Shown here: in pieces, positions 23,212 to 34,539 of the stretch
Position numbering within the stretch: the first letter of the stretch is position 1
How the letters are laid out: every line of letters begins with the position of its first letter
Assembly: GCA_050575255.1 (NCBI GenBank)
Contig: JBNZDD010013707.1
Span: forward strand, 3,854,596-3,918,595
DNA: 64,000 nucleotides
Source of the DNA: Harriotta raleighana
Lineage: Eukaryota
Direction: 5' to 3'
Notes under the pieces: generated by a model
What the model saw: the letters and a program-made list of their open reading frames with translations, nothing else
What the model was told of the DNA's origin: nothing
Databases searched by the model: none
Program-made: the position numbers and the translations under genes

Positions 23212-23318
23212 TTTCCTATCTGCAAATTTGTGGGTACAAATTCCTCCATAGTCCTTTTCAGTCATATCTCCAGCCCCAGCAGAGATCTATCTCCCTGTGA
23301 TTTTTCCTATCTGCAAAT
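23212..23318 (+). repeat. 75-bp insert flanked by a perfect 16-bp direct repeat; insert is a copy of ~23972-24048
   Basis: TTTCCTATCTGCAAAT at 23212-23227 and 23303-23318; 23225-23286 aligns to 23969-24031 with few differences. Confidence 0.85.
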
Positions 23319-24243
23319 CCTCCTCTCACTTCAAACATGCTCATCACCGATAATAGAAGATGTTCTCCACATGCTCAGTAACTTCACTGATCTTTACGAT
23401 CTGCGCGTTCCACTTTAAATCAATTTAGATGTGAAGAGAGAATCACACCCCAATATTTAGTTATGTTTGATTCCTTCCGATTCGAAGGCAGACTGAGTAG
23501 TTGTGTTGGACAGAACAGTGGAATTCAAGTGGTAGATTCACCTTTAGTTTACCTTTTCTTGCGTTAATCACCATGGCTGTGAAACCTATGCTCTCAATCT
23601 GCAGGTTAATCTGATTGAACCTTCACCAGTGTAGTGTTGAGAAGTGAAACCTCTGGTGTTTCATAATGCATTCCGTATGTTTAAACACAAGGTTATGAAA
23701 TGGCAAAAACTTCACCTCGTAGTATTCAGCCAATTCTGACCTTTACTTGACAGTACACATGGTGCAATTTTGTGGAGCCCAGCTTTGTGTACATACATGC
23801 CTGCAGGCAAACAGTGAAAGTAAAATGACTTTACTAGAATTTTTCTATTCCTATTTCACCGTTGGATTCATTTCATGAAAGACATTTCTAACCTCATTTA
23901 TTTCTATTCAGCCCAGATCAGCCTCTGATTCAGAGCAAAGATATGTGTACTGGTAAAGGCATGAAGGGAATTTGTGGTTACTAATTCCTCCTTAGTCCCT
24001 TTCCAGTCATATCTCCGGCCCCAGCAGAGATTTCCTTTGAATTTTTCCAATTTTAGCTATGTCTTTGCCCTGACAGATGTGGCTTTTCCTGGTGACCTGA
24101 TATCTCAGTCCTCAGTCATAGTTTCTCACAGTCAGTATTGGAGCATTCCATACAGTTGCTACCAATTTCATCTACTACAGAGTGGTGTAACTTCAGTAAG
24201 TGAGCTGTGATCTTTAGTCCCTCAAATTCCAAGGAATTTGCAA

Positions 24244-24995
24244 TCAACAACAATAAAATTACGGTTGTAGAGCATACATTTCACATTGGAAAGATGTCCC
24301 AAGGTGCTGGACTGTCAATGTTTTGGACCCGAGTTAGGACCAGGATCGGGGAGGATGAAGGGAAAGGGGGGAAGGTAGCTGTGACGGTGTGGAGGACACC
24401 ATAACGGTGCAGAGGCTGGAAGAGAAGCCATTAGTGGCGACAAAGTGGAGATAGTTGGAGTGGTAACATTCTAACCAGGTGAGGGCAGGTGTGCGAAGAT
24501 TGAGCTGAGAGGAGAGGCGGAGTAGGAGGATGGACTGGTTGACAGTGTTGAAGGTGGCAGAGAGGTCAAGGAGGACAAGGAGGCAGAGAGATCCCTGATT
24601 GTAGATATTTAGATGTCCTTAGAGACAGAGGCGTTTTTAATACTTGAAATTACTCGTTTAAATTTTCTTAGGGGGCCCATCACTGACTTTTGTTTAATAA
24701 GTGCGCATGAGCATTGAGCACCTAATATGAGGGGCCCATCGATGTGTTGCGCTGATTGTACTGGCATTAAAAACGTCTCTGCGTAAAGACTTTGATCAGA
24801 GCTGCCTCCGTGCTGTGGGCAGCACAAAAGCCAGATTGGAAGCGTTCAAAGAGGGAATGGAGGGAAAGAAAGGATGAATCTGGGACATGACGACTTGTTC
24901 CAGGGCCTTGGAGAGGAATGGGAGGTTGGAGACAGGACGTTAGCTGGAGAGTAGGGATGGGTCCAGAGAAGATTTTTTAGGGAAGACCAAGCAAC
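24244..24995 (-). mobile_element. L2 LINE (internally deleted), interrupted by a MITE
   Basis: reverse: RPVSNLPFLSKALEQVV...FQSGFCAAHSTEAALIKV|SKDI...SLCLLVLLDLSATFNTV; type-A tail at 24244-24310. Confidence 0.88.
24626..24781. mobile_element. 156-bp MITE, hAT-like
   Basis: 18-bp TIRs CAGAGGCGTTTTTAATAC / GCATTAAAAACGTCTCTG (2 mismatches); 8-bp flanks CTTAGAGA / CGTAAAGA; internal GGGGCCCATC x2. Confidence 0.85.
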
Positions 24996-25439
24996 AAATG
25001 GATGTGTACTCTGCTGATACTCACTGTCCAGACATGTACACAAAGAATTATCATGTGGTATTAGAGAGTGGTCATCCTCATTCAATGTATCTCAGTAAGA
25101 TTCTAAAAATCGACTTATTTGACTGTACCGTGAGCCACCTCTTGCCCCCTGTCCTATCTCTCCCACTCATAATCAGCTCCTACTCTATCCACGTAAAAAA
25201 AACTTTAAGGTATACTCCTATGTAAAAAGTGTTGCATTAGTGCAAATTGTTGTGGTTGAGACACGTCTTTCTGCTGGCGTGGAAGAAGAAAAATACATGA
25301 AAACAAATCTTTTAAGTGTGTAGCAAACAGCCAAAGAGATATTCCAGTCGGCAAACAACCAGCATTGTGCATTTTTATCATCTTATCTAGATGTGATAAA
25401 AATGTTTTGAAGTGACTGCTTTCCACTTAGTAAGATATT

Positions 25440-25546
25440 TCCCCCATTCCCGATCCAGCTCAGGTATGAATCATTGATTGTCCAGCACCTTGGGACGTCC
25501 TCCTGACGTGAAAGGCGCTATACAAGTGTAATTTTGTTGTTGTTGT
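25440..25546 (+). mobile_element. L2 3' end (type A)
   Basis: CAGCACCTTGGGACGTCCTCCTGACGTGAAAGGCGCTATACAAGTGTAATTTTGTTGTTG. Confidence 0.9.
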
Positions 25547-26049
25547 ACAAGGGATTGATGCGAAGGATTGACTAGTTAGCAATCTTTTATCACCAGATGT
25601 TAGTAACACACTGTTTACCACTGTCTCGAACTCTATAGAAATCTGAGGCTTAAACTGTCTCATCGTTTTAGCTTTAATCCCAAATTTTACATTTTTAAGT
25701 CTTAAAATGCAGTTTTAAACCATTAAAATTGTGCAGAATTTTGGAAAATTCATCCAAACAGTTTTATCTTGGAAGCTGGATCTTAATTTAAATAATTTCT
25801 GATCATCTCCGGAGGTGTTGCCATTTCCTAAATGCAGTGTGGACTTTGCCCACAGAGGCAGTGTCTTATGAACATAAAAGTCTAAACAGTGATTTTTTTA
25901 AACAGTATTCAACAACCAGAAATCCCAAGTCATAAAAATTGAGATCTCCTTCTGATGATGTGTCAAATTGACCTGCAGGAATTCCACAAGGAAGATCACA
26001 AAAATCGACAAGAATTCTTCAATAAGCAATCCAAAGAAAATCACAAATC

Positions 26050-26590
26050 TTGTCCAGATGAAGAGGGCCCTGATCTCATCCCTCCAGAACACCCTACTCT
26101 ATAGTCCCTCCAACATACCAGATGTTTTTTAATTGAGTCAGTGTCCTGGTCTCTACCACCTTTACTGGCAATCTGTAGTTGATTATCCTCTGCAAAAAAA
26201 CTCCTGGTATCTATGCTGAAATTGCCCTTCTATGTCTTCTTGTTATATCTTATAATAATGATGATCTGGGTTTATTTTTTCAATCCCATTTAAAATTTGA
26301 TACACCGCTATGAGGTCCCATCTTCTGTCCCAAGGCTGAAAGGCGCTACACAAGTGTAATTTTGTTGTTATTGTTGAAGAGCCCTATAAATCCACAAAAT
26401 AGAACTTAGATGGACAAGAGGAGGCCATTCGGCTCTTTGAGCCTGTTCCAGGTATTTTAGTATATCATTGCAATTTTTAGAATTCCATTTTCCTGGCTTT
26501 ACTTCATATCGCTCATACCCTTCTTCCCACTTATCCATCCATCAATCTCTTTTTTAAACATCCCAGTCAATTCAGCATTCACAGTCTTAT
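26050..26590 (-). mobile_element. two CR1 3' fragments separated by an L2 tail remnant
   Basis: 26050-26325 resembles the reverse of 18100-18335; 26398-26590 has GGAGGCCATTCGGCTCTTTGAGCCTGTTCC; L2 tail at 26325-26375. Confidence 0.65.
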
Positions 26591-27169
26591 TGTCTTGCTC
26601 TGAAGTATTGAACCTGCTCATACAAGTCAGCGAAGCAGGTATTCACTTGCTCCCGTGTACATTCCACAACTATTGAGTAAGGCAGAGAAGAGAGAAAAAA
26701 GTTGTGAATCAGATTTAGAATGACAACTGTTTATACTTTAAGACGGAATTTGTTTTTCTGTTCCTTCAGCGTTGGAATATGAAGGAGCCATTATGCTTAT
26801 TTTGTTTATTTTTCCTTCTGTTTTTCTGCTCTCTTGGCCTCTGACACCTGCTGTGTACATTTCCACAGGGTGCACCCAAAAGGCCATTCTTCATGTATAA
26901 CTTTAGGCTTAGTGCTCAGGGAGGCCAGCAGACTCTTTGACCATCGAGTTTGATGTCTGTTCAGAGTCTCAAAGGCTATGAATTGGCACAGAGCAGGGGA
27001 GTCACTGGGTAACAATAACAATAAGAAGTGGACCCTCTGACAACTCAACACATACCATAGTAATGCAAAGACAATAGCATAGTAACCAATGTTGAGTGGA
27101 TTTTCCTGCCTCAATTTGGAGCATTCTTTTCTCTGGGTTAGAAAGTTGGGGGTTCACATCACATGTTGA

Positions 27170-27333
27170 TACAACAACAACAAAATTATATTTGTAAAGC
27201 ATCTTTCACATCGAGGAAATCCTAAGGCGCTGAACTGTCCGAATTAGGGGACGTGGGCAAGGCTCAGGTGAGGGAGGGCGGCAAGGTAGGAGGGTGGCTG
27301 AAGGCACATTCGAAAAGGAGGGTCTTGAGACAT
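27170..27333 (-). mobile_element. L2 3' end (type A)
   Basis: (AAC)n AAAATTATATTTG...CCTAAGGCGCTGAAC...TCGAAAAGGAGGGTCTTGAG. Confidence 0.85.
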
Positions 27334-28000
27334 ACAACAACAACAAGAACAACAGCAACTTGGATTTACATAGCGTCCTCCTCGCCGGATGAGAACGCTC
27401 AGAACTCTTCCCAATAACAGATCCCGGGGCCGAGCCAGGGTGAGGGGGAAAAAGGTGACTGAAAGCACGGTCGAAAAGAAACGTCATTAGCAGAGACCTG
27501 ATAATAAGGTGGGGTGGGGGGCGAAGGGAATGAGGAATGGTTCCAGAGCCTCGGGGTGTAGTGGCTGAAGGCACATCTGCTGATGGTGGAGCGGAGGATT
27601 TAGGGGACAAGGAGGAGGCCAGACCTGGTAGAGGCCAGACCCGGTCGGACCTTGAGGGAGGCAAGGGAGGTATTGTGGGATGGAGTTCCAGAGTATGAGG
27701 GCAGAGAGGCTGAGGATTTTGAATTATATCCCCTGAGGAACCAGAGTGGGGGTGATGAGCTCACAAAACTTGGTGTGGGAGAGGATACAAATTGCAGAGT
27801 TCTGCCTGAGCTGCAGCTTGTGAAACAAAGAGTTGGGGAGGCTGACAAGGACGGACTTCCCATAGTCTAGTCTTGAAATTACATTTGCATGTTTGAGTGT
27901 TTTGGTGGCCTGAGGGGTGAGGCAATGTTTTGATCTCACAATCCATGATGACAAAGCAATGTTTGGGGAGTGTTGCATTGTCAAAGGTAGAGTAGTTCAG
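27334..28000 (-). mobile_element. L2 3' portion (type C tail)
   Basis: VISRLDYGKSVLVSLPNSLFHKLQLRQNSAICIL; MTFLFDRAF. Confidence 0.9.
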
Positions 28001-28039
28001 ATTAGATGTTAAAATAAGATACAATATGTTCAAGTGGAT

Positions 28040-28255
28040 ACCACATGACTCTATTCAGAAAGAGAGGGGAATTTCTCCCATCGTCCAACCAACAATCCTG
28101 CCAGTAAATTGATCATTTGCCTCCTGGCCCTTTTTGCTTTGCGCAGATTGGCTGCTGCGATCACCTACAAATGCACAGTCACTGCACTTCACAGAAATTA
28201 TTCCAAAGTGTTTTTGATATTATAGGCATTATATAAAATGCAAGTATTTAATTTA
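28040..28255 (+). mobile_element. DeuSINE 3' part
   Basis: AGAGGGGAATTTCTCCC...CCAACAATCC...GCGCAGATTGGCTGCTGCG...CAGTCACTGCACTTC. Confidence 0.7.
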
Positions 28256-29279
28256 ACGTGAAGGGGTAGATCAGTCAGTGGGGGCAGGGATTCTTCCCAC
28301 TTGGTTCCTGTTAATCCTGCAAGCCAAAACTTTAATGGGCAGAATGGTTCTAGTTGAACAAGCAGCGGAAAGCTTCCCAAACAATTCCCTCAATGTCAAA
28401 CCATGCAATCTTAGTTGGTTAAATTCCAGGAGTATTTCAACACACACTTTGAGGTCCCCAACCCTTGAATCCTGCCAATCTGTGGCCAATACGCTCTGGA
28501 ATTAGGTTGGTGGGTAGTCCCTCTGGGAAAAAGTACACCTTCCATTCTAGACACAAGGAAATTTCTATGTGTAGGTAGCAATACCGATGTGAAACTCTCA
28601 GCCTGGTATGAAATATGGTATTTCTGCATGTGTCAGACATCCAGCTGATCAAAGAAAATGGAAGTTTTAGTACTTTGTGGGTTAAATATTTTTATATGTT
28701 GATCAAACCAGTAAACTCGTATTTGAACTCATGGTTGAGATCTCTAAAAACAAAGGCATTGATTGTACATGAAGCCCACAGGGAGAACTATCCTAGACTA
28801 CTAGATAAGTGGACCCATCAGATGGTCTCCTCTCCCTATGCCCTCCCTTCAAACAGATGCATCTAATCCATAGCTACTGGGGGCAACATGAAATCCTGAC
28901 AGATTGGATGCACACAATAACATCACTTTATTTATTTGTCTTTGAACCAACTACCTGTCAGATATTCCCTTCCAGCCTCTGACATCAGAAGCCCAAAACA
29001 TGGAGCATGTAAACATTTTGACACCCAAGTGCAAATATCACATTACAAGCGGGCAGCTCTTGGACAAACAAGCAGCCGTCTGTCCAAATCCTGTGAGGCA
29101 TTCATTGTCTAAACAGGCCAGGCTGAACAGCATTTTACATAATACACAACTTCAAGGAGCTCACATGTAAAGGTATTGGATACAATATCAATAAGACAAT
29201 AAGGATCATGCATAATAATAATCGTTGCATTTGATATATAGTGACTTTCATGGTCTCAATAAGCTTAATGGGATTTGCT

Positions 29280-29550
29280 AAAATGCTTAAACCGAGGCTG
29301 TGTCAATTCAGTTAGACATTTAAGATCCCATGGGACTATTTGAAAACTTAAGGGAGCTTCTTGTTGTCCTGGCCAACAATCCTTTGTGGAAAAAAATTGA
29401 TCACTCACTTCCGAACTGTTTGTGAGACATTAATGTGTGCAAATTCGGTGCCATGTCTGCCTACAAATACAGTCATTATAGATTGTAGTAAACTCTGTGA
29501 AGCACTTTGAAGCATTTTGATGAGACGAGGAGCTGTATTAAATGCGAAAA
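29280..29550 (+). mobile_element. DeuSINE (Deu domain and tail)
   Basis: TAAACCGAGG...GACATTTAAGATCCCATGGGACTATTTGAA...TGTCCTGGCCAACAAT. Confidence 0.85.
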
Positions 29551-29634
29551 TTTGTTCTCTCCAACACCACAACTTGTTTTGATTGTTAATCATACAAGGA
29601 AATGTAATTTTCACTATGCATCATTTAATCATAA

Positions 29635-30112
29635 TTCTAAATAATCCTTGCATTCGCTTTAGTGATTTAACTTCAGGAGCAAGAGTTCACATGATTTACT
29701 CAAGTGTGGTGACTGTGTATTTGTAGGTGAAAACTGCAGCCTATTTGCACACAGCAATGTCCTACAAACAATCATGAAATGTATCATCAATTTTATCCTG
29801 AGCAATCGTTGGGCAGGACACCGGGAGAAATTCTCTTTGCTTTTTGAATAGTGCCATGGAATCTGTAATGTCCATCTGAACAGGCAGATGTTTAGCATCA
29901 GTTTGACATCTAAGTAAATCCCATGAAGTGCATTGAGACATGAAAGGCGCTACGTCAAATGCAAGGAAGCACCTCTGACAATGCAGTGTACCCTCAGCAC
30001 TGAATTGGAGTGTCAGCCTACACTATACGAGGTCAAAGTCCCGATGTGCAGCTTGAGGCCACAATCATCTGACTCGGAGGTGAGAGTGCTATCGACTGAG
30101 CCAGGCCTCCAC
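29635..30112 (-). mobile_element. near full-length DeuSINE with a nested L2 tail (29915-29968)
   Basis: reverse: GGCTCAGTCGATAGCACTCTCACCTCCGAGTCAGATGATTGTGG head; Deu domain; tail-to-tail with 29280-29550. Confidence 0.85.
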
Positions 30113-31229
30113 AGTTAAATTATATTTTCCTGGTCTACAGAGAAAAAGCACATCCAGCTTTCATTGAAAATCCTTCACTAGCACATTCTGCATCTTGTCA
30201 AAAAGGTCAAATTAAAACCATATGTGAATCCTCCTCCAAAGTTGTGTGTGTTACACTGTGATCAGCGCCCCCACCCCCAACACGTTTTCCCCAAATGGTG
30301 TCAATTTACATCAGTTTAGGTTTTACGTTTGCTTTGAAGCCCGTTCAGAGTGGAAACAGACATATTGTATATAAAACCGATAGGATAATCATGATGAGCC
30401 GCACAGAAATATAGATTAAAAGAACCACAGCACAGCTCTTCTGGATACATAATGGTTTCAGGAAAACAATTATTAGGAGCACTAACAGAGTACAGATGCA
30501 GTTTTATACTTAAATCCCTCCTCTGACCTTTTGCTGTAAGTCACAAAGATTGATAGGAAGGGAGAAAAGGGAGGAAAGGAAAAGGAGAGGAAAAAGGAAT
30601 AAAGGAGAGAATGGGGGTTGGGGGGTGGCAGGAATTGACTGTGAACATTTAAGACGGACAAGTATTTAAATATTGTGTGTGTATTCTAATTTATTTAAAG
30701 TTTCATAGGATCACAAGGAGAAGTTTATACGAAGTATAGTAGAATTCCTGTGAGGCGCCTTGAGACATTTTGACGATGTGATAAGGAGCTAAATCAAATG
30801 CTAGGATTATTCTATTGGAGAACATCATTTGGAACAGTCACAGTCTAGCTCATTACGAAGGCTGGAGCATTCAATCAGTTCTGATGGAGCTTGACAATAA
30901 TTGGCACCAAACTGATTCGAACTGGCACCTCATTGTGAATTATGTGATGGTTTAAACTGTTAGAAACAGGAAATTGCAAACTTTTGGTTAATGTAGATCT
31001 GGGAAAAGGAGACACGGGTTGAAAAGCATTCCTCCACAGATAGTTAGTATTCATGATTTTTTACCACATATGCCTCACTGTATGAACTCTATCTCAATCA
31101 GCCCCCACCCTCAGCCCCCACCACTCCATATAAGTCATGCAGATTTGTGAAAACTCCCAACTGAAAGCACCTGAACTGAGTACTTGTGAGTCAGAATGCA
31201 TACCTGGGCTTGCTGCTGGAGACAACAAT

Positions 31230-31750
31230 AGTTTGGATTTATCTATCTCACACAATTTACATAGGAGACCAGGTCAAAGCATCTACAGAGACAGTGGAAG
31301 CCTGAGTAGGAGAGGGGATGAAGGGAAGTGGGGGAAAAAAGCAGCAATCAACAAAATTGTTTTTTTTCATACAGTGTTTTGAAAGCACTTAAAGGGAGGG
31401 AAGGAAGAGAAACGATTTAGGGAGTGAGTTCCAGTGAGAGGGGCCCTGTTTCAGTGATGTCCATTTCTATGTTTATATGGTTCTATACCGTGGCAGGGGA
31501 CATGAAGCAGGTCTGACTGAACTGTTTACAGTTTACATTGCCAGCCAATTATTCTGGCAGCAAGGCACCAGTTCTCCTGAGGAGAATTTTGTCAACCCCC
31601 ATAACAACAGACAAGAAACAATACAGTACACATTTACATTTATAAAGTGCCTTTCATGTCAGGAGGATGTCCCAAGGGGCTTAGCAATGCTAAATTGGCA
31701 CCCAGGCTGTGGGTGGCAGCCGAGAAGGGTGGGAAGGGTACAAAGGTAAA
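31230..31750 (-). mobile_element. two L2 3' fragments (31230-31450, 31625-31750)
   Basis: GTTTTGAAAGCACTTAAAGGGAGGG...GAGTTCCAG; GTGCCTTTCATGTCAGGAGGATGTCCCAAGG. Confidence 0.65.
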
Positions 31751-32141
31751 TTGTACCATTAATATAGGGCCACGAACAACAGACTTCAGAATCTTTGGTA
31801 TGAGGTTTGCCTGTAATAAGTGAAAATATGCTTACTTATTATCGTGCAGATAAATTCACTCCCACACACCCAAAACCATTGATGAAACTGAAGCCTGTTT
31901 ACTAGCTACCAAGTAGCTGCCACACAATCTGCTTGCTCCACATTCCTTGCAGTCAACTATGACTGCATCGACTATGTAAACACACCTCATGTCCTAGAGG
32001 CATGTTAACACCCTGCTGAAGCGTGGTGTGGACTTGTCAGTTAATCATCTTATCAGATCAGAGCCCAAGCTTAACAGGAGTAAAGCTGAATCTGGAGATG
32101 TTACAAGAGCGTTCTTGCCAAGGCAAGACAGATAAGTACAG

Positions 32142-32206
32142 ATAAAAAGAAAAACTGTGACTGCTCGAAATCTCAAATAGAAACAGAAAATTGTAGCAAT
32201 GCACCA
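32142..32206 (-). mobile_element. degenerate Penelope-type end fragment
   Basis: AAAACTGTGACTGCTCGAAATCTCAAATAGAAACAGAAAATTG resembles 62075-62125 and the reverse of 55510-55560. Confidence 0.5.
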
Positions 32207-32224
32207 ATTTTTTACACACACTTG

Positions 32225-32440
32225 CAATGGATTGTTAGGATGGGAATTCCCGAGTTAGAAAGGTGGTTGAAGCAGAACCCATATTCACCAACAACAACAA
32301 CAACAAAATTACACTTGTACGGCGCCTTTCACATCAGGAGAAAGTCCGAAGGCACTGGAAATGGTTCATAATTCATGACAGGAATAAGAGAAATGTCCCA
32401 AACGAAGAAATATGAAAGGGTGGGGTGGGGGAACAGGAGA
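32225..32440 (+). mobile_element. CR1 3' fragment with a nested antisense L2 tail (32289-32357)
   Basis: GGATTGTTAGGATGGGAATTC...AAGGTGGTTGAAGCAG; insert (AAC)n...GGCGCCTTTCACATCAGGAG. Confidence 0.7.
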
Positions 32441-32559
32441 TAATAATAATAATAATTGTTTGCAACAAAATGGGTAGATCAAATGCAAGGATTATTATTA
32501 TCATTATATGATTATATTTTACAGAATCAGACAGTCAGACAGGCACAAAGGGCTGGCAT

Positions 32560-32760
32560 CTAGGTTTTCCAGCAGCTGTCATAGGATAGGAACAAATGGG
32601 TGGGACTCACATGTAATGCCTCAGCTGTGGACCTCTGCCCTGGGCTCAGGTCACCTGACTCAGCGCACACTGGGATTAGAACCAGTGACTCATTGTCTGT
32701 GTGGTTTACTGGTACCTTCACTCACATAGGTCACACATTACACACCCAATATTGCACTAA
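32560..32760 (-). mobile_element. AmnSINE2-like 5' fragment
   Basis: reverse: CACACAGAC...CTGGTTCTAATCCCAGTGTGCGCTGAGTCAGGTGACCTGAGCCCAGGGCAG. Confidence 0.5.
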
Positions 32761-32980
32761 ACCTGGAAGGCATTCAGAATAACAAATAAATTGCCCGTAA
32801 AATAACATTTTGTCGTAAAATTAGAATTGCATCATTGTGGCAAATTCTTAAATTCAGTTGTAATTTGCTTCTTGGCCCTTCTTTAATAACCGTGCAAACC
32901 AGTTTCTAAATTAGGATTGAAATAAAGAATTTTTCCACAACCCTGCATTATTTCAGACAAGATAATCTTAACAGTAAGAT

Positions 32981-33081
32981 CAGGTGGAATTTAGGGCTTT
33001 ACATTGGCTGTTGGTCCAGAGGGAACCATTCACCTTCACTTCTGTGTGAAGAACTAATTATTGGGGATAAAATTCCACCTG
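32981..33081. mobile_element. 101-bp MITE-like element (PIF/Harbinger-like)
   Basis: perfect 12-bp TIR CAGGTGGAATTT / AAATTCCACCTG, flanked by GAT on both sides. Confidence 0.55.
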
Positions 33082-33305
33082 GATCTAAATTTATTCTTTA
33101 TCTATCTATACTCGTAGTTTCTTTTATGGTCAGCTGGATATCTAACACATGGACAAATTCAACAAAGTGCTTAAGTGTATTCAAACCAGACTGAAAATTC
33201 CATGTATGTATATGCAAGTTACAAATGAAAATTTGTCTGCGTCTGGAATGGAATGTGCACCCTCTCCCTGGAGGGTCGCACCCTGCTTAGCTAATTCTGA
33301 GTATT

Positions 33306-33990
33306 ACAACAACAACTTGCATTTGTACAGCACCATTCACAATGGGTGACATCCTGGAGCATTTAACAATGACTGAGTCTGACCCCAGGACAGAGGATGA
33401 GGGAGTGGGGGAAGTGTCCGTAAGCATGATCAAAAAGGAAGGTCGTTAAGTGGGATTTGAAAGTGGGGAGGGATGAAGCAAGGCGGAGGGATTGAGGGAG
33501 GAAGGTTCGGGACATAGTGGCTGAAAGCATAACTGCCGATGGTGGAGCAGAGGGGGCAGTGGACAGAACAGAGGTTGGAGGCTGCCGAGCAGAGGCAGTG
33601 GATGGTGAAGTGAGCATGTTGGAAAGGTAGGGAGATATGAGGGCCTGAAGGTACTTGAAAACAAGGGAGAGGATCTTGAAGTTGATCTATTTGGAAATTG
33701 GAAGCGAATGCAGCTTGGCAAGGACTGGTGTGATGGGGGGGGTCTAAAGTTTTGTGTTGGTTTGTACTGTATCTGGGTGGAGGAGTTTTGAACTAATTGT
33801 ATTTTACGTACGTGGAACTGGGAGGTCAGTGAGGAGGGCCTTTGAAATGTCCAGCTGGAAAGTGACAAAGGTGTGGACAAGGGTTTTGGTTGTTGTGGAT
33901 ATGAGGTACGGATAGAGGTGGGCAATGTGGAGGTAGAAAAAGAAGAAAAATTGGGCACAGGTTGGCAAGAGCCAAGAGTTGGGTTTGTGC
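33306..33990 (-). mobile_element. L2 3' portion
   Basis: KTLVHTFVTFQLDISKALL; KIQLVQNS; LPQSLRLASSLPTFKSHLTTFLFDHAY. Confidence 0.9.
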
Positions 33991-34024
33991 ATAAGATAAA
34001 TATCCAGACAATTAAAATCTCCAT

Positions 34025-34203
34025 TCAAAAAAATCCTTCAAGAAAAAAACAATAATAAAATTGGTCTTCAATCCACTGTTTGCAGGACACTGCTGCGCAA
34101 TTGGTTGCTGTGTTTCGCTCACAAATATAGTCAGTTCACTTTATAGTATGTTCTGTGAAGCGCTTTGAGATGTTTAGAAGCAGTGAAAAGTGCTATATCA
34201 AAT
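34025..34203 (+). mobile_element. SINE 3' half whose tail resumes at 34500-34528
   Basis: ends ...GTGCTATATCAAAT; AAATGCAAAGATTATT continues after the antisense copy. Confidence 0.9.
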
Positions 34204-34499
34204 AATAATAATCCTTGCATTTTGATGTAGCACTTTTCGCGTCTTCTAGACATCTCAAAGCGCTTCACGGACTACACTGTAAAGCGAATTGACTGTATAT
34301 TTGTGGGCTAAACGCAGCAGCCAATTGCACAGAAGTGTCTCACAAACAGTCATCAATTGAAATGACCAATTTATTTTTGAGGGACTATTATTAGGCACGT
34401 GGAGTAAAGAAATTTGCCCAAGGTTTCGCCCTGCCTGGAATTGAACCAGGATCTCTCACTTGTAAGGCGAGTACTCTAACCATTGAGCTCCAGGACTTC
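34201..34499 (-). mobile_element. full-length SINE inserted antisense into the previous copy
   Basis: reverse: GAAGTCCTGGAGCTCAATGGTTAGAG...GGTTCAATTCCAGGCAGGGCGAAACCTTGGGCA...(ATT)n. Confidence 0.95.
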
Positions 34500-34539
34500 A
34501 AATGCAAAGATTATTATTTTATTATTATATTCAGTATGT

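Noticed and set aside
25975-26103. exon-like frame QEFHKEDHKNRQEFFNKQSKENH...
   Set aside because: Runs into an antisense CR1 3' end; no splice or homology support
28270-28650. cluster of overlapping short ORFs on both strands
   Set aside because: No recognisable motif in any frame; lengths within chance expectation
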